DNA from: Gemmatimonadales bacterium
GTDB taxonomy: Bacteria > Gemmatimonadota > Gemmatimonadetes > Gemmatimonadales > GWC2-71-9
Direction of reading: 5' to 3'
NCBI GenBank assembly: GCA_039794085.1
Contig: JBDIWC010000024.1
Location: 1-60,384, forward strand
DNA length: 60,384 nt
Positions 8,709 to 17,783 of this stretch are shown one piece after another. The notes beneath the pieces are model-generated. The model searched no databases and was not told the DNA's origin. It saw nothing but the letters and a program-made list of their open reading frames with translations. The translations under genes and the position numbers were made by a program. Position 1 is the first letter of the stretch. Each line of letters opens with the position of its first letter.

Positions 8709-11575
8709 GCCGCCAGCACCCCGTTCAACTCGTCAATGATCGCCGTCAGGTCCTCTCCGAACACCTGGACCGCCCTTCCGAGTCCGCCATCCTGGGCAAA
8801 CGGCACGTTGTCGAGGTCTCCCACCGTCATCTCCACGCTCGCCGCCACATGGTCCCGCATCATCTCGAGCCAGCGGACCTGCTCCGGGGTGAACGCCCGG
8901 CCCCGGTTCCGCTGCTGCTGCATCCACTCCGCGAACCGCTCCCGCACCTGCTCGCCGAAGGGGACCAGTTCGTCGTCCCGGTGGGTGGCAAAGCGCACCA
9001 GGGAGACGATGTCGGTCAGCAGCCGCTGCGCCGAGGCGCCCCGGACCTTGTGCCCGTTCAGCGTTTCGTAGGCGCGCCAGAGCCGCTCCGGGGTCCACGC
9101 CCGCGGCGGCGCCTGGATCGCCGCGGCGAGCTGCTTGATGTCCTGGAAGGAAAGCCGCCGGGAATACGGCTGCGCGTAGAAGAACTGGAGCGCCTCGATC
9201 TCGTCCTTGTTCTCTTCGATGAAGCGTTCGAAGTCCGCCACGAGCGAGCGGGCCTTTTCCCGCGCCTCCACGCTCGCCCCCGCCTCCAGCACCTCGTCCA
9301 CCGACACCTCGTCGATCACCTGCTCCATCTCCCGCTTCAGATCCTGCAGCAGGGTCCGCAGGGCAGGCCTCGTCGCCAGCGGCTCCGTGGCCCGTTTGAG
9401 CAATGACTCGGCGGCCTGATTCCTCTGCGCCTCGGTCGGCTCCTGTCCCGGGGGCACGTCGAATGCACTTCTTGCCTCGGTGACCTGCACGTCGGGGTCG
9501 AGCCCGTCCACGATCTTCCGGCAGATGCCGGGAAGCCCGACCCCGCCCGACGCTTCCACCACCCGCGCGTGTTCCTCCGGGCCGCACCGCTTCGAGAGGC
9601 GCGCCAGGCGGCTCGCCAGGGAGGAGAGGAACTCCCGGTCGGTGCCCCCCATCGCCACGTGCTCCAGCAGCGCCTTGAGGCTCACCGTGCGCTTCCGGTC
9701 GAGCGGCTGGGTGTCGGCCAGCGCGGTCTCGGTCATCCCGACACAGTCCACGATCACGAAGTGGGTCTTGGCCACGGCATCCGCCCCGCTCACGGCGCGC
9801 AGGTCGTTGGGGTCGATGATGCGGACCCCCCGCCCCTTCATCTGTTCAAAGAGGACCCGGCTCTTGACCGCGCGCATGAACATCACGATCTCGATCGGCT
9901 TGATGTCGGTGCCGGTGGCCACCATGTCCACGGTGACGGCGATGCGCGGCTCGTACTGGTTGCGGAAGGCCTGGATCAGGTCCCGCGGGTTCGCGGCGGT
10001 GACCTTGTAGGTGATCTTCTGGCAAAAGGTATTCCCCCGCCCGAACTCGTCCCGCACGACCTCCACGATGTCCTCGGCGTGGCTGTCGTCCTTGGCGAAG
10101 ATGAGGGTCTTGGGGACCTCGGTGCGGCCGGGGAAGATGTCGACCGGGAGCCGGTCGCGGAAGGTGCGGATGATGGTGCGGATCTGGTCCTTCGCCACCA
10201 CTCGGCGGTCGAGCTCGTTGGGGTCGTAGTTCAGCGGCTCGTCGGGCACTTCCCAGCGGAGGGCCCGGGTCTCCTTGTCGCGGTAGCCGAGCATGGTGTC
10301 GGGGTGGGCCTCGACGGTGGAACCCTGGGTTGTGATCTTGGTGCGGATGGTGTAGACCTCGAAGTCCACGTTCACGCCGTCGGCCACGGCGCGTTCGTGG
10401 TCGTACTCCATCACCAGGTTCTTGTTGAAAAAGCCGAGCGTCTGCTTGGAGGGGGTGGCGGTGAGACCGATGAGGAAGGCGTCGAAGTACTCCACCACCT
10501 GGCGCCAGAGGGTATAGATCGATCGGTGCACCTCGTCGATCACCACCACGTCGAAGTACTCAGGCGGGTAGGCGGCGTTGTACACCACCGGAAGGGGCTC
10601 CTTTATGGCGGCGCCGCTGGTCTCGAACTGGGAACCCTCCTCCTCCGCCGGGTCGTAATCCGGGTCCCCCTTGAGCATCGAGTAGACCCGCTGGATGGTG
10701 GAGATGACCACCCGGCTCGAGTCCATGATGGTATTGGAGGTGAGGCGCTGGACGTTGTAGAGTTCGGTGAACTTCCGGTTGACGTCGGGCGCCCGGTAGC
10801 CCTGGAACTCCTTTTCCGCCTGCTCGCCCAGGTTGCTTCGGTCCACCAGGAAGAGCACCCGCCGGGCGCCGCCGTACTTGATGAGACGGTAGATGGCGGT
10901 GATCGCCGCGATGGTCTTGCCCGACCCGGTGGCCATCTGGATCAGGGCGCGGGGGCGGTTCCGCCGGAGGGAATCCTCCAGGTTGGTGACCGCCTCGACC
11001 TGGTTGGGGTAGAGCCCGCCCGGTACCAGGGGCGGCAGGGTCCTGATCCGGGCACGGAAGGAGGAGGGGCGGGTGTCGTCCGCCGCGGTGTGGAGCCCTC
11101 CCTCGGCGTGCAGGCGCCTCACCCAGGCGTCGAGGGTCTCGGCCCCGATCCACTCGGCGAGGGTCTCGGGCTGGTGGATGTGGGGGAGGTTCCGGGAGAT
11201 CTCGCGGGTCTTCGGGTCGGGGTCGAGGCCGTTGATGAAGCGGGTCTCGATGCCGGTGGAGAGGTAGAGGAAAGGGAGAGGGTTGACCGGCGGGTTGAGA
11301 CCAGCGGGGAGCCCAGTGGCGTACTTGTCGGCCTGGAGTTCGACGTTGCCGAGCGCCACCCCGGCCGGTTTCGCCTCGAGAACGCCGACCGCCTTTCCGT
11401 CGACGAAGAGGAGGTAATCGGCAAAGCCGTGGCCGGGGGCCATTTTGAACTCCCGGACCGCGACGCCGAGTGCGGCGGAGAGGTTGATCCCGTCGCGGTT
11501 CTGGATGACCCAGCCCGCGGCGACGAGGGCGGCGTCGATATCGACGCGGGCCCGTTGCTCGGGGGTCAGGTTCAT
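8705..11575 (-). CDS. hsdR: Type I R-M restriction subunit (EcoEI-like)
   Basis: ADYLL...VLEAK nuclease motif, MATGSGKT Walker A, DEVHR, GLTATP, QMKGRG; likely start MNLTPEQRAR at 11575, since the upstream extension is repeat-derived. Confidence 0.96.
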   Translation of the reverse strand: MNLTPEQRARVDIDAALVAAGWVIQNRDGINLSAALGVAVREFKMAPGHGFADYLLFVDGKAVGVLEAKPAGVALGNVELQADKYATGLPAGLNPPVNPLPFLYLSTGIETRFINGLDPDPKTREISRNLPHIHQPETLAEWIGAETLDAWVRRLHAEGGLHTAADDTRPSSFRARIRTLPPLVPGGLYPNQVEAVTNLEDSLRRNRPRALIQMATGSGKTIAAITAIYRLIKYGGARRVLFLVDRSNLGEQAEKEFQGYRAPDVNRKFTELYNVQRLTSNTIMDSSRVVISTIQRVYSMLKGDPDYDPAEEEGSQFETSGAAIKEPLPVVYNAAYPPEYFDVVVIDEVHRSIYTLWRQVVEYFDAFLIGLTATPSKQTLGFFNKNLVMEYDHERAVADGVNVDFEVYTIRTKITTQGSTVEAHPDTMLGYRDKETRALRWEVPDEPLNYDPNELDRRVVAKDQIRTIIRTFRDRLPVDIFPGRTEVPKTLIFAKDDSHAEDIVEVVRDEFGRGNTFCQKITYKVTAANPRDLIQAFRNQYEPRIAVTVDMVATGTDIKPIEIVMFMRAVKSRVLFEQMKGRGVRIIDPNDLRAVSGADAVAKTHFVIVDCVGMTETALADTQPLDRKRTVSLKALLEHVAMGGTDREFLSSLASRLARLSKRCGPEEHARVVEASGGVGLPGICRKIVDGLDPDVQVTEARSAFDVPPGQEPTEAQRNQAAESLLKRATEPLATRPALRTLLQDLKREMEQVIDEVSVDEVLEAGASVEAREKARSLVADFERFIEENKDEIEALQFFYAQPYSRRLSFQDIKQLAAAIQAPPRAWTPERLWRAYETLNGHKVRGASAQRLLTDIVSLVRFATHRDDELVPFGEQVRERFAEWMQQQRNRGRAFTPEQVRWLEMMRDHVAASVEMTVGDLDNVPFAQDGGLGRAVQVFGEDLTAIIDELNGVLAA

Positions 11576-11625
11576 GCCGGGAGGCGGGCGAGGGTGATCA
11601 GGAGGGCTCCGGGAGTCGGTGTTTC

Positions 11626-11803
11626 GTAGGGGCGACACATGCGTCGCCCGGGTTTGCGGTACGGGGTCGGGAGACCACGAGGAGTGGTCATTCCGGCGAA
11701 GGACATTGCAGGGGCCGTCATTCCCGCGAAGGACATTGCAAGGGCCTTGATTCCGGTGGAAGACCTCCCAAGGGCCGTCATTCCGGCGAAAGCCGGAATC
11801 CAT
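11626..11803. repeat. GTAG-type REP palindrome plus four 30-bp tandem units derived from the GTCATTCCGGCGAAAGCCGGAATCCA REP
   Basis: GTAGGGGCGACACATGCGTCGCCC at 11626; units start at 11687, 11717, 11747 and 11777. Confidence 0.8.
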
Positions 11804-11922
11804 GTTCGGTTGTCAGTGACCCAACTCGGTGTCCGGCAAAGGTCACCGAGGTTTCGTTCCGACAAGTGGCCATCTATACGTCCCGCGAAGGTTAGCAATC
11901 GCCACCCGATTGGGGAAGGCCG

Positions 11923-13647
11923 TCAGAGCTCCACCAATACTCCTCGCGTCGAAATATCCAGGATGTAGTGAATCGGGAGCACTGTACAGTACTCTCTACC
12001 AGGCACGCGTTCCATCGTCTCTTCATATGCCGATTCGATGACAATGCCAATGACTCTCCCTCGGCTGTCAATAACGGGCCCTCCGCTCAGACCACCAGCG
12101 GAGGCAACCGAGATCTGAAGCAGTTGTAGGGTTTGCCGGTAATTGTTTCGAACGGATTCTACAGTTCCGCTGTAGATGCCGAGGTCAGGATGGCGATCAG
12201 GAATTGAAGCGTATCCGAGTACCGCGATGGGTTCTCCAGCTTCGGGGATCCTGCGATCGGTCTGGATGCTCGTGAGTCCATGATCGATCGGAACCAAGGC
12301 ACCGTCGATTACATGACGGCCCATGCTGTGGAAACGGGCCGCCTTAATCTCTCTATTCCCAGTTCCGCGAACGAGGTGCACACAACCATCGAGGTTATGT
12401 GCCGCGGTGACTATTGTCCCACCGTCGATCGCGAATGCCGATCCGAGCCTCGTGCTCCTTGTTGTCGAGGTCACCTCCAGGAGAGCGATCGCGGTCCGTC
12501 TCTTTCCCAAAAGATTGCTCCACCGATCGGAGCTGACCCACGGAGTGCCGCCGGGGTACTGACCTGGGGTTGGTGCTGCACGGATGAGAGTGGGCTCGCA
12601 TTCGTGCAAAGTGTTCCTGAGTGTGCAGTATACTGGATCGGTTCGTCCGCGAATGAAGCCAATGTACTCAATGCGCCCTCGCAGGACAGCACCAAAGTGC
12701 ATTTCTGCATTCTCGGTACCCGAGAAAGGGTGTTGATCTCGTTCACAGAAGCTCATTGCGGCAAGGGTCTTACCGAAACGCCGCCACGCATGCAACAGGC
12801 CTCGTACTTCACGCACGTAAGCCCATGGTACATTCACAAACTTGTTCACCACCAACCCGGTGACTTCTTGGTGTTGTCCGCGGAACTGCAGCCGTGTCTT
12901 ACCCGTATTGATCCGAAAACCATTTTGGGATATGACAGAGCCCAGCGTGTCACCAACTACTACATTCGAGCCAATCCATCCACCAGTTGCGCTTGCGATA
13001 GATGGCGGGAACTGGTCCCGATTGCATGACAGCGTTATGTCGTCGCAGTAACGGGTGTAGGTGAGACCCAGTTTTTTTGCAATCGCCATCAGTTGACCAT
13101 CAAGGCGAGCGCAAATGATATTTGAGACGAATGGAGACGTAGGTGCACCTTGGGGCAACACGCCGTTTGCCATTGTGCACACTTGTGCGAGTGCGGTGGC
13201 AGCATATTGGGGGAGTTCGAAGGGTCGAGCCATGAACGCACCACGCACCCGTCCCAGGTGAATGCTCGGGAAGAAGTCTTCAAGATCCACGTTGAGGATC
13301 CACCGGCGCTGCACATGTCGGGCAGCGTTCGTTCGGATCGAGTGCTTCCAGCGGTACCCATGCACAGCGGGTTTCGGGGTGTAGACCAATTGAAGCACGT
13401 AATTGAGCTTTTCCTGCAGGATTCGAAGGGGCTTGGGAGGCACGGCGATCTGCCTTCCGCCACCCCTTTTCTTCGGGACTGTGAAGATGCTGTACTTGGC
13501 GCGTTCTTGTCGAGTCCCCAAGAGGCGCTTGAAATATGGGCGCGGGATCTCAAGAAGATCAGCAACATCAGCACCTGTCGTCATCCCCTGAAACAACGAG
13601 ATAATGTCGCTGTCAGATCGGGAAAGCCGGGGAAGGAGATCTGTCAC
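11923..13647 (-). CDS. Retron-type reverse transcriptase fused to a C-terminal trypsin-like serine protease (type XI-like retron)
   Basis: RT: KKRGGGRQI, NAARH (retron region X NAxxH), DLEDFFPSI, LPQGAPTSP, YTRYCDD, QEVTGLVVN (region Y VTG). Protease: TAAH, D in VIDGALV, GLSGGPV. Likely start GTG 13647, because the longer ORF from 13719 overlaps the predicted ncRNA. Confidence 0.9.
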   Translation of the reverse strand: MTDLLPRLSRSDSDIISLFQGMTTGADVADLLEIPRPYFKRLLGTRQERAKYSIFTVPKKRGGGRQIAVPPKPLRILQEKLNYVLQLVYTPKPAVHGYRWKHSIRTNAARHVQRRWILNVDLEDFFPSIHLGRVRGAFMARPFELPQYAATALAQVCTMANGVLPQGAPTSPFVSNIICARLDGQLMAIAKKLGLTYTRYCDDITLSCNRDQFPPSIASATGGWIGSNVVVGDTLGSVISQNGFRINTGKTRLQFRGQHQEVTGLVVNKFVNVPWAYVREVRGLLHAWRRFGKTLAAMSFCERDQHPFSGTENAEMHFGAVLRGRIEYIGFIRGRTDPVYCTLRNTLHECEPTLIRAAPTPGQYPGGTPWVSSDRWSNLLGKRRTAIALLEVTSTTRSTRLGSAFAIDGGTIVTAAHNLDGCVHLVRGTGNREIKAARFHSMGRHVIDGALVPIDHGLTSIQTDRRIPEAGEPIAVLGYASIPDRHPDLGIYSGTVESVRNNYRQTLQLLQISVASAGGLSGGPVIDSRGRVIGIVIESAYEETMERVPGREYCTVLPIHYILDISTRGVLVEL

Positions 13648-13666
13648 GTGGGAGTATGGAAGGGGT

Positions 13667-13805
13667 GGATAGGCTAGCCCGAGGTCATTCTGTGCTTCCG
13701 CCACGCCAGGTGAAACCACATGCCCCGGCGCAGGAGTGAGGTCAGACTTTCTCGTTGCCTGTCGCGTATTCGCGACATGAGTAAATGTGCTGGACTAGCC
13801 CATCC
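13667..13805 (-). ncRNA. Candidate retron msr-msd ncRNA
   Basis: Minus-strand arms GGAUGGGCUAGUCC (13805-13792) and GGGCUAGCCUAUCC (13680-13667) pair over 14 positions with two G-U wobbles. AGC follows the 5' arm, then a perfect hairpin UGUCGCG-AAUA-CGCGACA and an imperfect GC-rich hairpin. Immediately 5' of the RT. Confidence 0.7.
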
Positions 13806-14131
13806 CCCATTGGAAACGTGCTGTGTTGTCCTTGCTGTCGCAAGCCTTGAGCGGCCGCCTTGGACTTCCGGCCCCACAACCACTCCCTCCAGCACCGGCC
13901 TCCCTAGTCACCCACCAGGCGGAACGGCACGGGCGCCGTCGCGTCCTGCAGCGCCATCAGGATGTCCATCTCCCCCTGGGAGCATCGGCCCTCGTTGGGG
14001 TTGATCGCCCTCGGGGCAGGAATAGCAAACCCATTGCAGCGCCGATTCGATACGCCGCCCGCCATTTACGGCGAACAGCATTCATCAAACCAATTATGTT
14101 CACCTGATGGCATAGTTCTTCTGTAAAAGGA

Positions 14132-16078
14132 TCATCCCTGGTTCCAGTCCTCCGGAACCAATGCGGGAGGCTTTGTCCAGGGCAGTTCGACCAACGCCTC
14201 CTGAAACCACTGCTCCCGAAGATTCGCATGCTCGGTGACGATCAACTGGAAGCCGGGGACGTCCTCCTGGGTGAACTTCAGCAACAGCTCGAACAGTCGG
14301 CGAACCGCATTGAGGTCGGCGTCTGCCTCGGTCCTTTGCACCGAGCCATCAGCATCCTTGTAGACCTGCTCGGACGGGAAGTAGACCTGGGTCGGCTGGT
14401 CAATCAGGAGAAAGCGCGGTATCGGGCGGTTGTTCTGGGCCGCGAACAGATGCAGGGCGAGCAGTGCCGACAGGTGGTAGGCCAGATGGTTCTCGCCGCC
14501 CCCAGTCCGGCCCATCGGGACCGGACGTTCGGGTCGATCGAAAATGACCGTCAACTGCGGCAGGTTCAGTCGCGCAGGGTAGGCCCCGAACTCGGCGCCG
14601 AACATCTGGACGTACCGCGTCACCTGCGCGGAAATGTTGTTGAGGATCGAGACGAGACGGTCGTTGCTATCGTCGGCGCCGATCTGGCCCTCAAGCTGCT
14701 GCACCTTGTTCGTGAGACGGCGATTCTCCGCTTCCAGTCTGGCAAGATCCTCGTTCGGGAGAAGGGTCTCCAGGAACAGGCTGATGCGGCCGACAACGCG
14801 CGCGGCCGCGTTGTTGCGGGTGCCCATTTGGGCGAGGACCTCGTTGGCCGAGATCGCCGCGGATAGCTCAACCTCTTTCTGCTTGATGGTTGCTGCGATC
14901 CCGTCCGCCTTGTCGGCCAGTTCGATCAGGTAGGCTTCGAGTTTCGGGCGCTGACCGGTAGCGATGCGCAATTCCTTGTCGAGCGATTCCAGTTCGTTGA
15001 GCAGGACGGCGCCGACCGGGGATTCCAGCGCCAGGTTCCGCTCGCTGAACGGCCATTGCCACTCACCGCTTTCGGGGTTCTTCGGCAGAGCCTTGATCGA
15101 GGCCAGCCGGTCTATCTGTTCGGCTGCCTCACTTTCGTAGCCGCCCGCCCGCTTGGCGAACTGTCGCGCCGCGTCGATCCTGGTCTGGGCGTCGCGGCGA
15201 TCCTGGCGCAACTGGCTCAGTTCCTCCTCCAGAAGCGAAACCCGGCTGCCGTCGTCGTTGGGCACCGTTTCGGGCTTCCACGACAGTGCGGACCTCAATG
15301 CGTTGATGATCTCCTCGGCGTTCGGGTTCCCGTCGATGTGGCTGATGACGCTGACTGTCCTACCTTCAGAGTAGAGACCGATGGCCTGCTCGTGTGACGT
15401 GTCGACAGCGTGGCGCGCCTGCTCCAGCTGCTTGCTGTTGATCCTCAGATCCCGCTGCGCCGTGCGAAGCCGGGATTCCAGTTCGTAGCGGTCGTTGGAC
15501 GAGACGCCGAGGAGGATCGGCAGAGTATCGCGGATTGCCTGTGGCTGGAATTGCTCGTTCTGACGGTAGAACAGCTGATCCTTGTTGGCGACCAACCCCT
15601 GCTTCTGGAACAGATAGTAGAACGTGTGCTTGACGTTCGCGTCGTAGCTGTCGCGGCTGTGTGCAAACGCGACATCGGTGCGGTTCTCGGGAATGCCGAG
15701 CAGACGCGACAGCAGTTCGACGATAGCGGTGTCGTCCGTGTTGACCGCAAGCTCCTCGAACGAAGGCGCCTCCAGCTGACTTCCCCGCCGCAGCATCGCG
15801 GTACTGCAACTGGCGCCACCAGCGGTCGGGGTCGGCTTGGCGACCAGCACCTGCTCGTTCTCGAACTGGAAGATCACGGCGAACCAGGCCACCTTGTCGC
15901 GGATGACGCCTTCGGGAACGTTGAACGAGGAACGCCCCATGCAGTATTCGATGATCTCGGAGAGAGCGGACTTGCCGGTGGAAGACCGGCCGGTGATGAC
16001 GTTGAGCCCGTCCACTTTGAACCGAAGATCCCGGCGCTGGCCGTGGTGGCTGTAGATGTTGATAGATCTGATCTTCAT
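14132..16078 (-). CDS. lmuB: SMC-like ABC ATPase, DUF3732 family (Lamassu LmuB / ABC-3C ATPase)
   Basis: Walker A ITGRSSTGKS, long coiled coil, TGGGENHLAYHL, Walker B LLIDQPTQVYF, FQLIVTEHA. Confidence 0.88.
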   Translation of the reverse strand: MKIRSINIYSHHGQRRDLRFKVDGLNVITGRSSTGKSALSEIIEYCMGRSSFNVPEGVIRDKVAWFAVIFQFENEQVLVAKPTPTAGGASCSTAMLRRGSQLEAPSFEELAVNTDDTAIVELLSRLLGIPENRTDVAFAHSRDSYDANVKHTFYYLFQKQGLVANKDQLFYRQNEQFQPQAIRDTLPILLGVSSNDRYELESRLRTAQRDLRINSKQLEQARHAVDTSHEQAIGLYSEGRTVSVISHIDGNPNAEEIINALRSALSWKPETVPNDDGSRVSLLEEELSQLRQDRRDAQTRIDAARQFAKRAGGYESEAAEQIDRLASIKALPKNPESGEWQWPFSERNLALESPVGAVLLNELESLDKELRIATGQRPKLEAYLIELADKADGIAATIKQKEVELSAAISANEVLAQMGTRNNAAARVVGRISLFLETLLPNEDLARLEAENRRLTNKVQQLEGQIGADDSNDRLVSILNNISAQVTRYVQMFGAEFGAYPARLNLPQLTVIFDRPERPVPMGRTGGGENHLAYHLSALLALHLFAAQNNRPIPRFLLIDQPTQVYFPSEQVYKDADGSVQRTEADADLNAVRRLFELLLKFTQEDVPGFQLIVTEHANLREQWFQEALVELPWTKPPALVPEDWNQG

Positions 16079-16563
16079 GGACGAATCCCGAAAGTCGTGT
16101 AAACGGTCGCCCGGTCGGCGATGCGTGCGAATTCCCTTCCGACGATGCGTGCCACTTTCTGACAGGAGACGGTCTCGTTGGTTCCGCTGAAGGTCTTGCG
16201 CACTTTGCCGGGCACCGTCTGAATGCGCCCGTCGTCCGCGACGGCGATGCAGCCCTTTTCCATCAGCAGGCCGAACCCCTCGAAGGCATAGGGGAGCATC
16301 TGCGTGACCCGGTCGGCGAAGCCCACCATGACCTGCTGGTTTTTCTCCGTGGTCTTGAGCAGGTAGCTACGCGGACTGCCGGCGATCACCTCGCGCGAAT
16401 CTTTGTGCAGGCACAAGGGCAGCACGAGCAGCGACAGCGAGAAGGGCATGCCGCGGGCGTCTTCTTCCTCGTAGCCATGCAGGGCGCGGAACAGGACCAG
16501 ACCGCAGAAGGCAGGGTTGAACAGGTTCCGAATCTCGAAGGGGCGCTGGTTCCATCGCTTCAC
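16075..16563 (-). CDS. lmuC: ABC-3C middle component (LmuC-like)
   Basis: W..RPFEIRNLFNPAFCG...LLVLPLCLH pattern; overlaps both neighbours by 4 nt. Confidence 0.8.
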   Translation of the reverse strand: MKRWNQRPFEIRNLFNPAFCGLVLFRALHGYEEEDARGMPFSLSLLVLPLCLHKDSREVIAGSPRSYLLKTTEKNQQVMVGFADRVTQMLPYAFEGFGLLMEKGCIAVADDGRIQTVPGKVRKTFSGTNETVSCQKVARIVGREFARIADRATVYTTFGIRP

Positions 16564-17783
16564 GGAGCCACCCCCAGCACCTCGACGAGGCGGTCGAGGA
16601 ACCTGGGATGCCAGTAGACCCTAGGTTCGGGCTTGGCATCGGCCAAGATGTGGAAACTCCCGCGAAGGACATAGGCCTCAGTCACCCGTGCGCGGATGCG
16701 CAGGGATTCTAACTTGCGGGTCTCGAACTCCATCCAGGTGAAGAGGGTCGCGCCGGCTTCGCGAAGCGCGTCTTCGGCGCTGTCATCCCTTAACTTCTCG
16801 AAGGCGAAATCCTTGTAGCGGTTCCACTCGTCGGCGAGACGATCTTCGTACTCCTCCACCTCTCCCGACACCAGCAGGCTCTCGCGCGCCCAGGCCGATC
16901 GCTGCTCGAACGCCCGGTAGTAGTCCAGGATCGCGCTCCTGATCCGGCTGGAGGAAATCCCGATCTCGCGGAGTTGCACCACGAACAGGCGCGGATCGGC
17001 CTCGGTGTCGATCTCGTCGGCGGGCACCTTTCCGAGGAAGGTGATGGGTAAGTTGTCCGTCTTGTATTCCTCGGCGATGTTGGAGAGTTTGTCCGAGACC
17101 TCGTAACCAAAGATTCCTTCCGCCCTCGTGCCGGTCAACTGCTTGATCACAGCATCAGTCCACCAGCCTTCCAGCCGCTCGAAGACGAACTCGCGGTGCT
17201 CGCGCCGGATGCTTCGCATATGCTTGTCCCTGATGATCGCCGGGATGTCGGTGATGCGCGGGCTGCCGTCGAGGATCAAGATGCGTTCGAGGAAATCCTG
17301 TTTTTCGAGATCGCTCAGTTCGTTGAACGCCGTTGCGATCGGCGCGATCTGTTTTGACGTTGACTTGGCGAGCGCGGCATTGGCTATCTCAGTCAGTGTT
17401 GCGACATCGCCGGAAGCGACGGGCTGGTCGGGCAGGAGACGGGCGAGGAACGAGTTGGTCGATACCGTGCCGGTGGTGAACAGAAAGAACCGCAGGTTCG
17501 ATGTGGCCCGGCCATCGCGTTTGTATCGCGCCAGCCAGATGTTGGCGGACTTCCAGAAGTCAGTCGACAGGTCGGTCATCCTGTCGCCGACTGCCTTGTG
17601 CTTGAGCGAGGCCAGGGACTTGCCACCGTCCCCGTCGATAAAATCGAGATCGTCGTCCTTTTCCAGGAAGACGGTGCTGTCCTCCGGCAACTGCAACAGA
17701 TGGAGCAGGGCGAGACGCGCCTGGTAGATGTATCCCAAGCCTTGGTCGCCGGCGGAGTATTTGTCGGTGATCTGGGCTGTCAT
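16560..17783 (-). CDS. lmuA: Lamassu LmuA-like effector: Cap4-like nuclease-fold N-terminus plus ABC-3C C-terminal domain
   Basis: A..QGLGYIYQ...EKDDD...SLKHK...DFWKS..IW N-terminus; C-terminal AILDYYRAFEQRSAW...RGSFHILAD...VYWHPRF. Confidence 0.78.
   Translation of the reverse strand: MTAQITDKYSAGDQGLGYIYQARLALLHLLQLPEDSTVFLEKDDDLDFIDGDGGKSLASLKHKAVGDRMTDLSTDFWKSANIWLARYKRDGRATSNLRFFLFTTGTVSTNSFLARLLPDQPVASGDVATLTEIANAALAKSTSKQIAPIATAFNELSDLEKQDFLERILILDGSPRITDIPAIIRDKHMRSIRREHREFVFERLEGWWTDAVIKQLTGTRAEGIFGYEVSDKLSNIAEEYKTDNLPITFLGKVPADEIDTEADPRLFVVQLREIGISSSRIRSAILDYYRAFEQRSAWARESLLVSGEVEEYEDRLADEWNRYKDFAFEKLRDDSAEDALREAGATLFTWMEFETRKLESLRIRARVTEAYVLRGSFHILADAKPEPRVYWHPRFLDRLVEVLGVAP

Noticed and set aside
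11687..11803. Mini-CRISPR or retron-associated repeat array
   Set aside because: The units are degenerate copies of a REP found elsewhere in the window (e.g. 23592), with no spacer structure.
11576..11803. N-terminal extensions of hsdR (likewise tnpA 42747-43076, M14 37854-38048, S9 58913-59251)
   Set aside because: They derive from repeats or intergenic DNA; family similarity or signal peptides begin at downstream starts.
11923..13719. Group II intron RT
   Set aside because: No maturase or endonuclease domain and no domain V-like RNA seen; NAxxH and VTG motifs plus a protease fusion indicate a retron.
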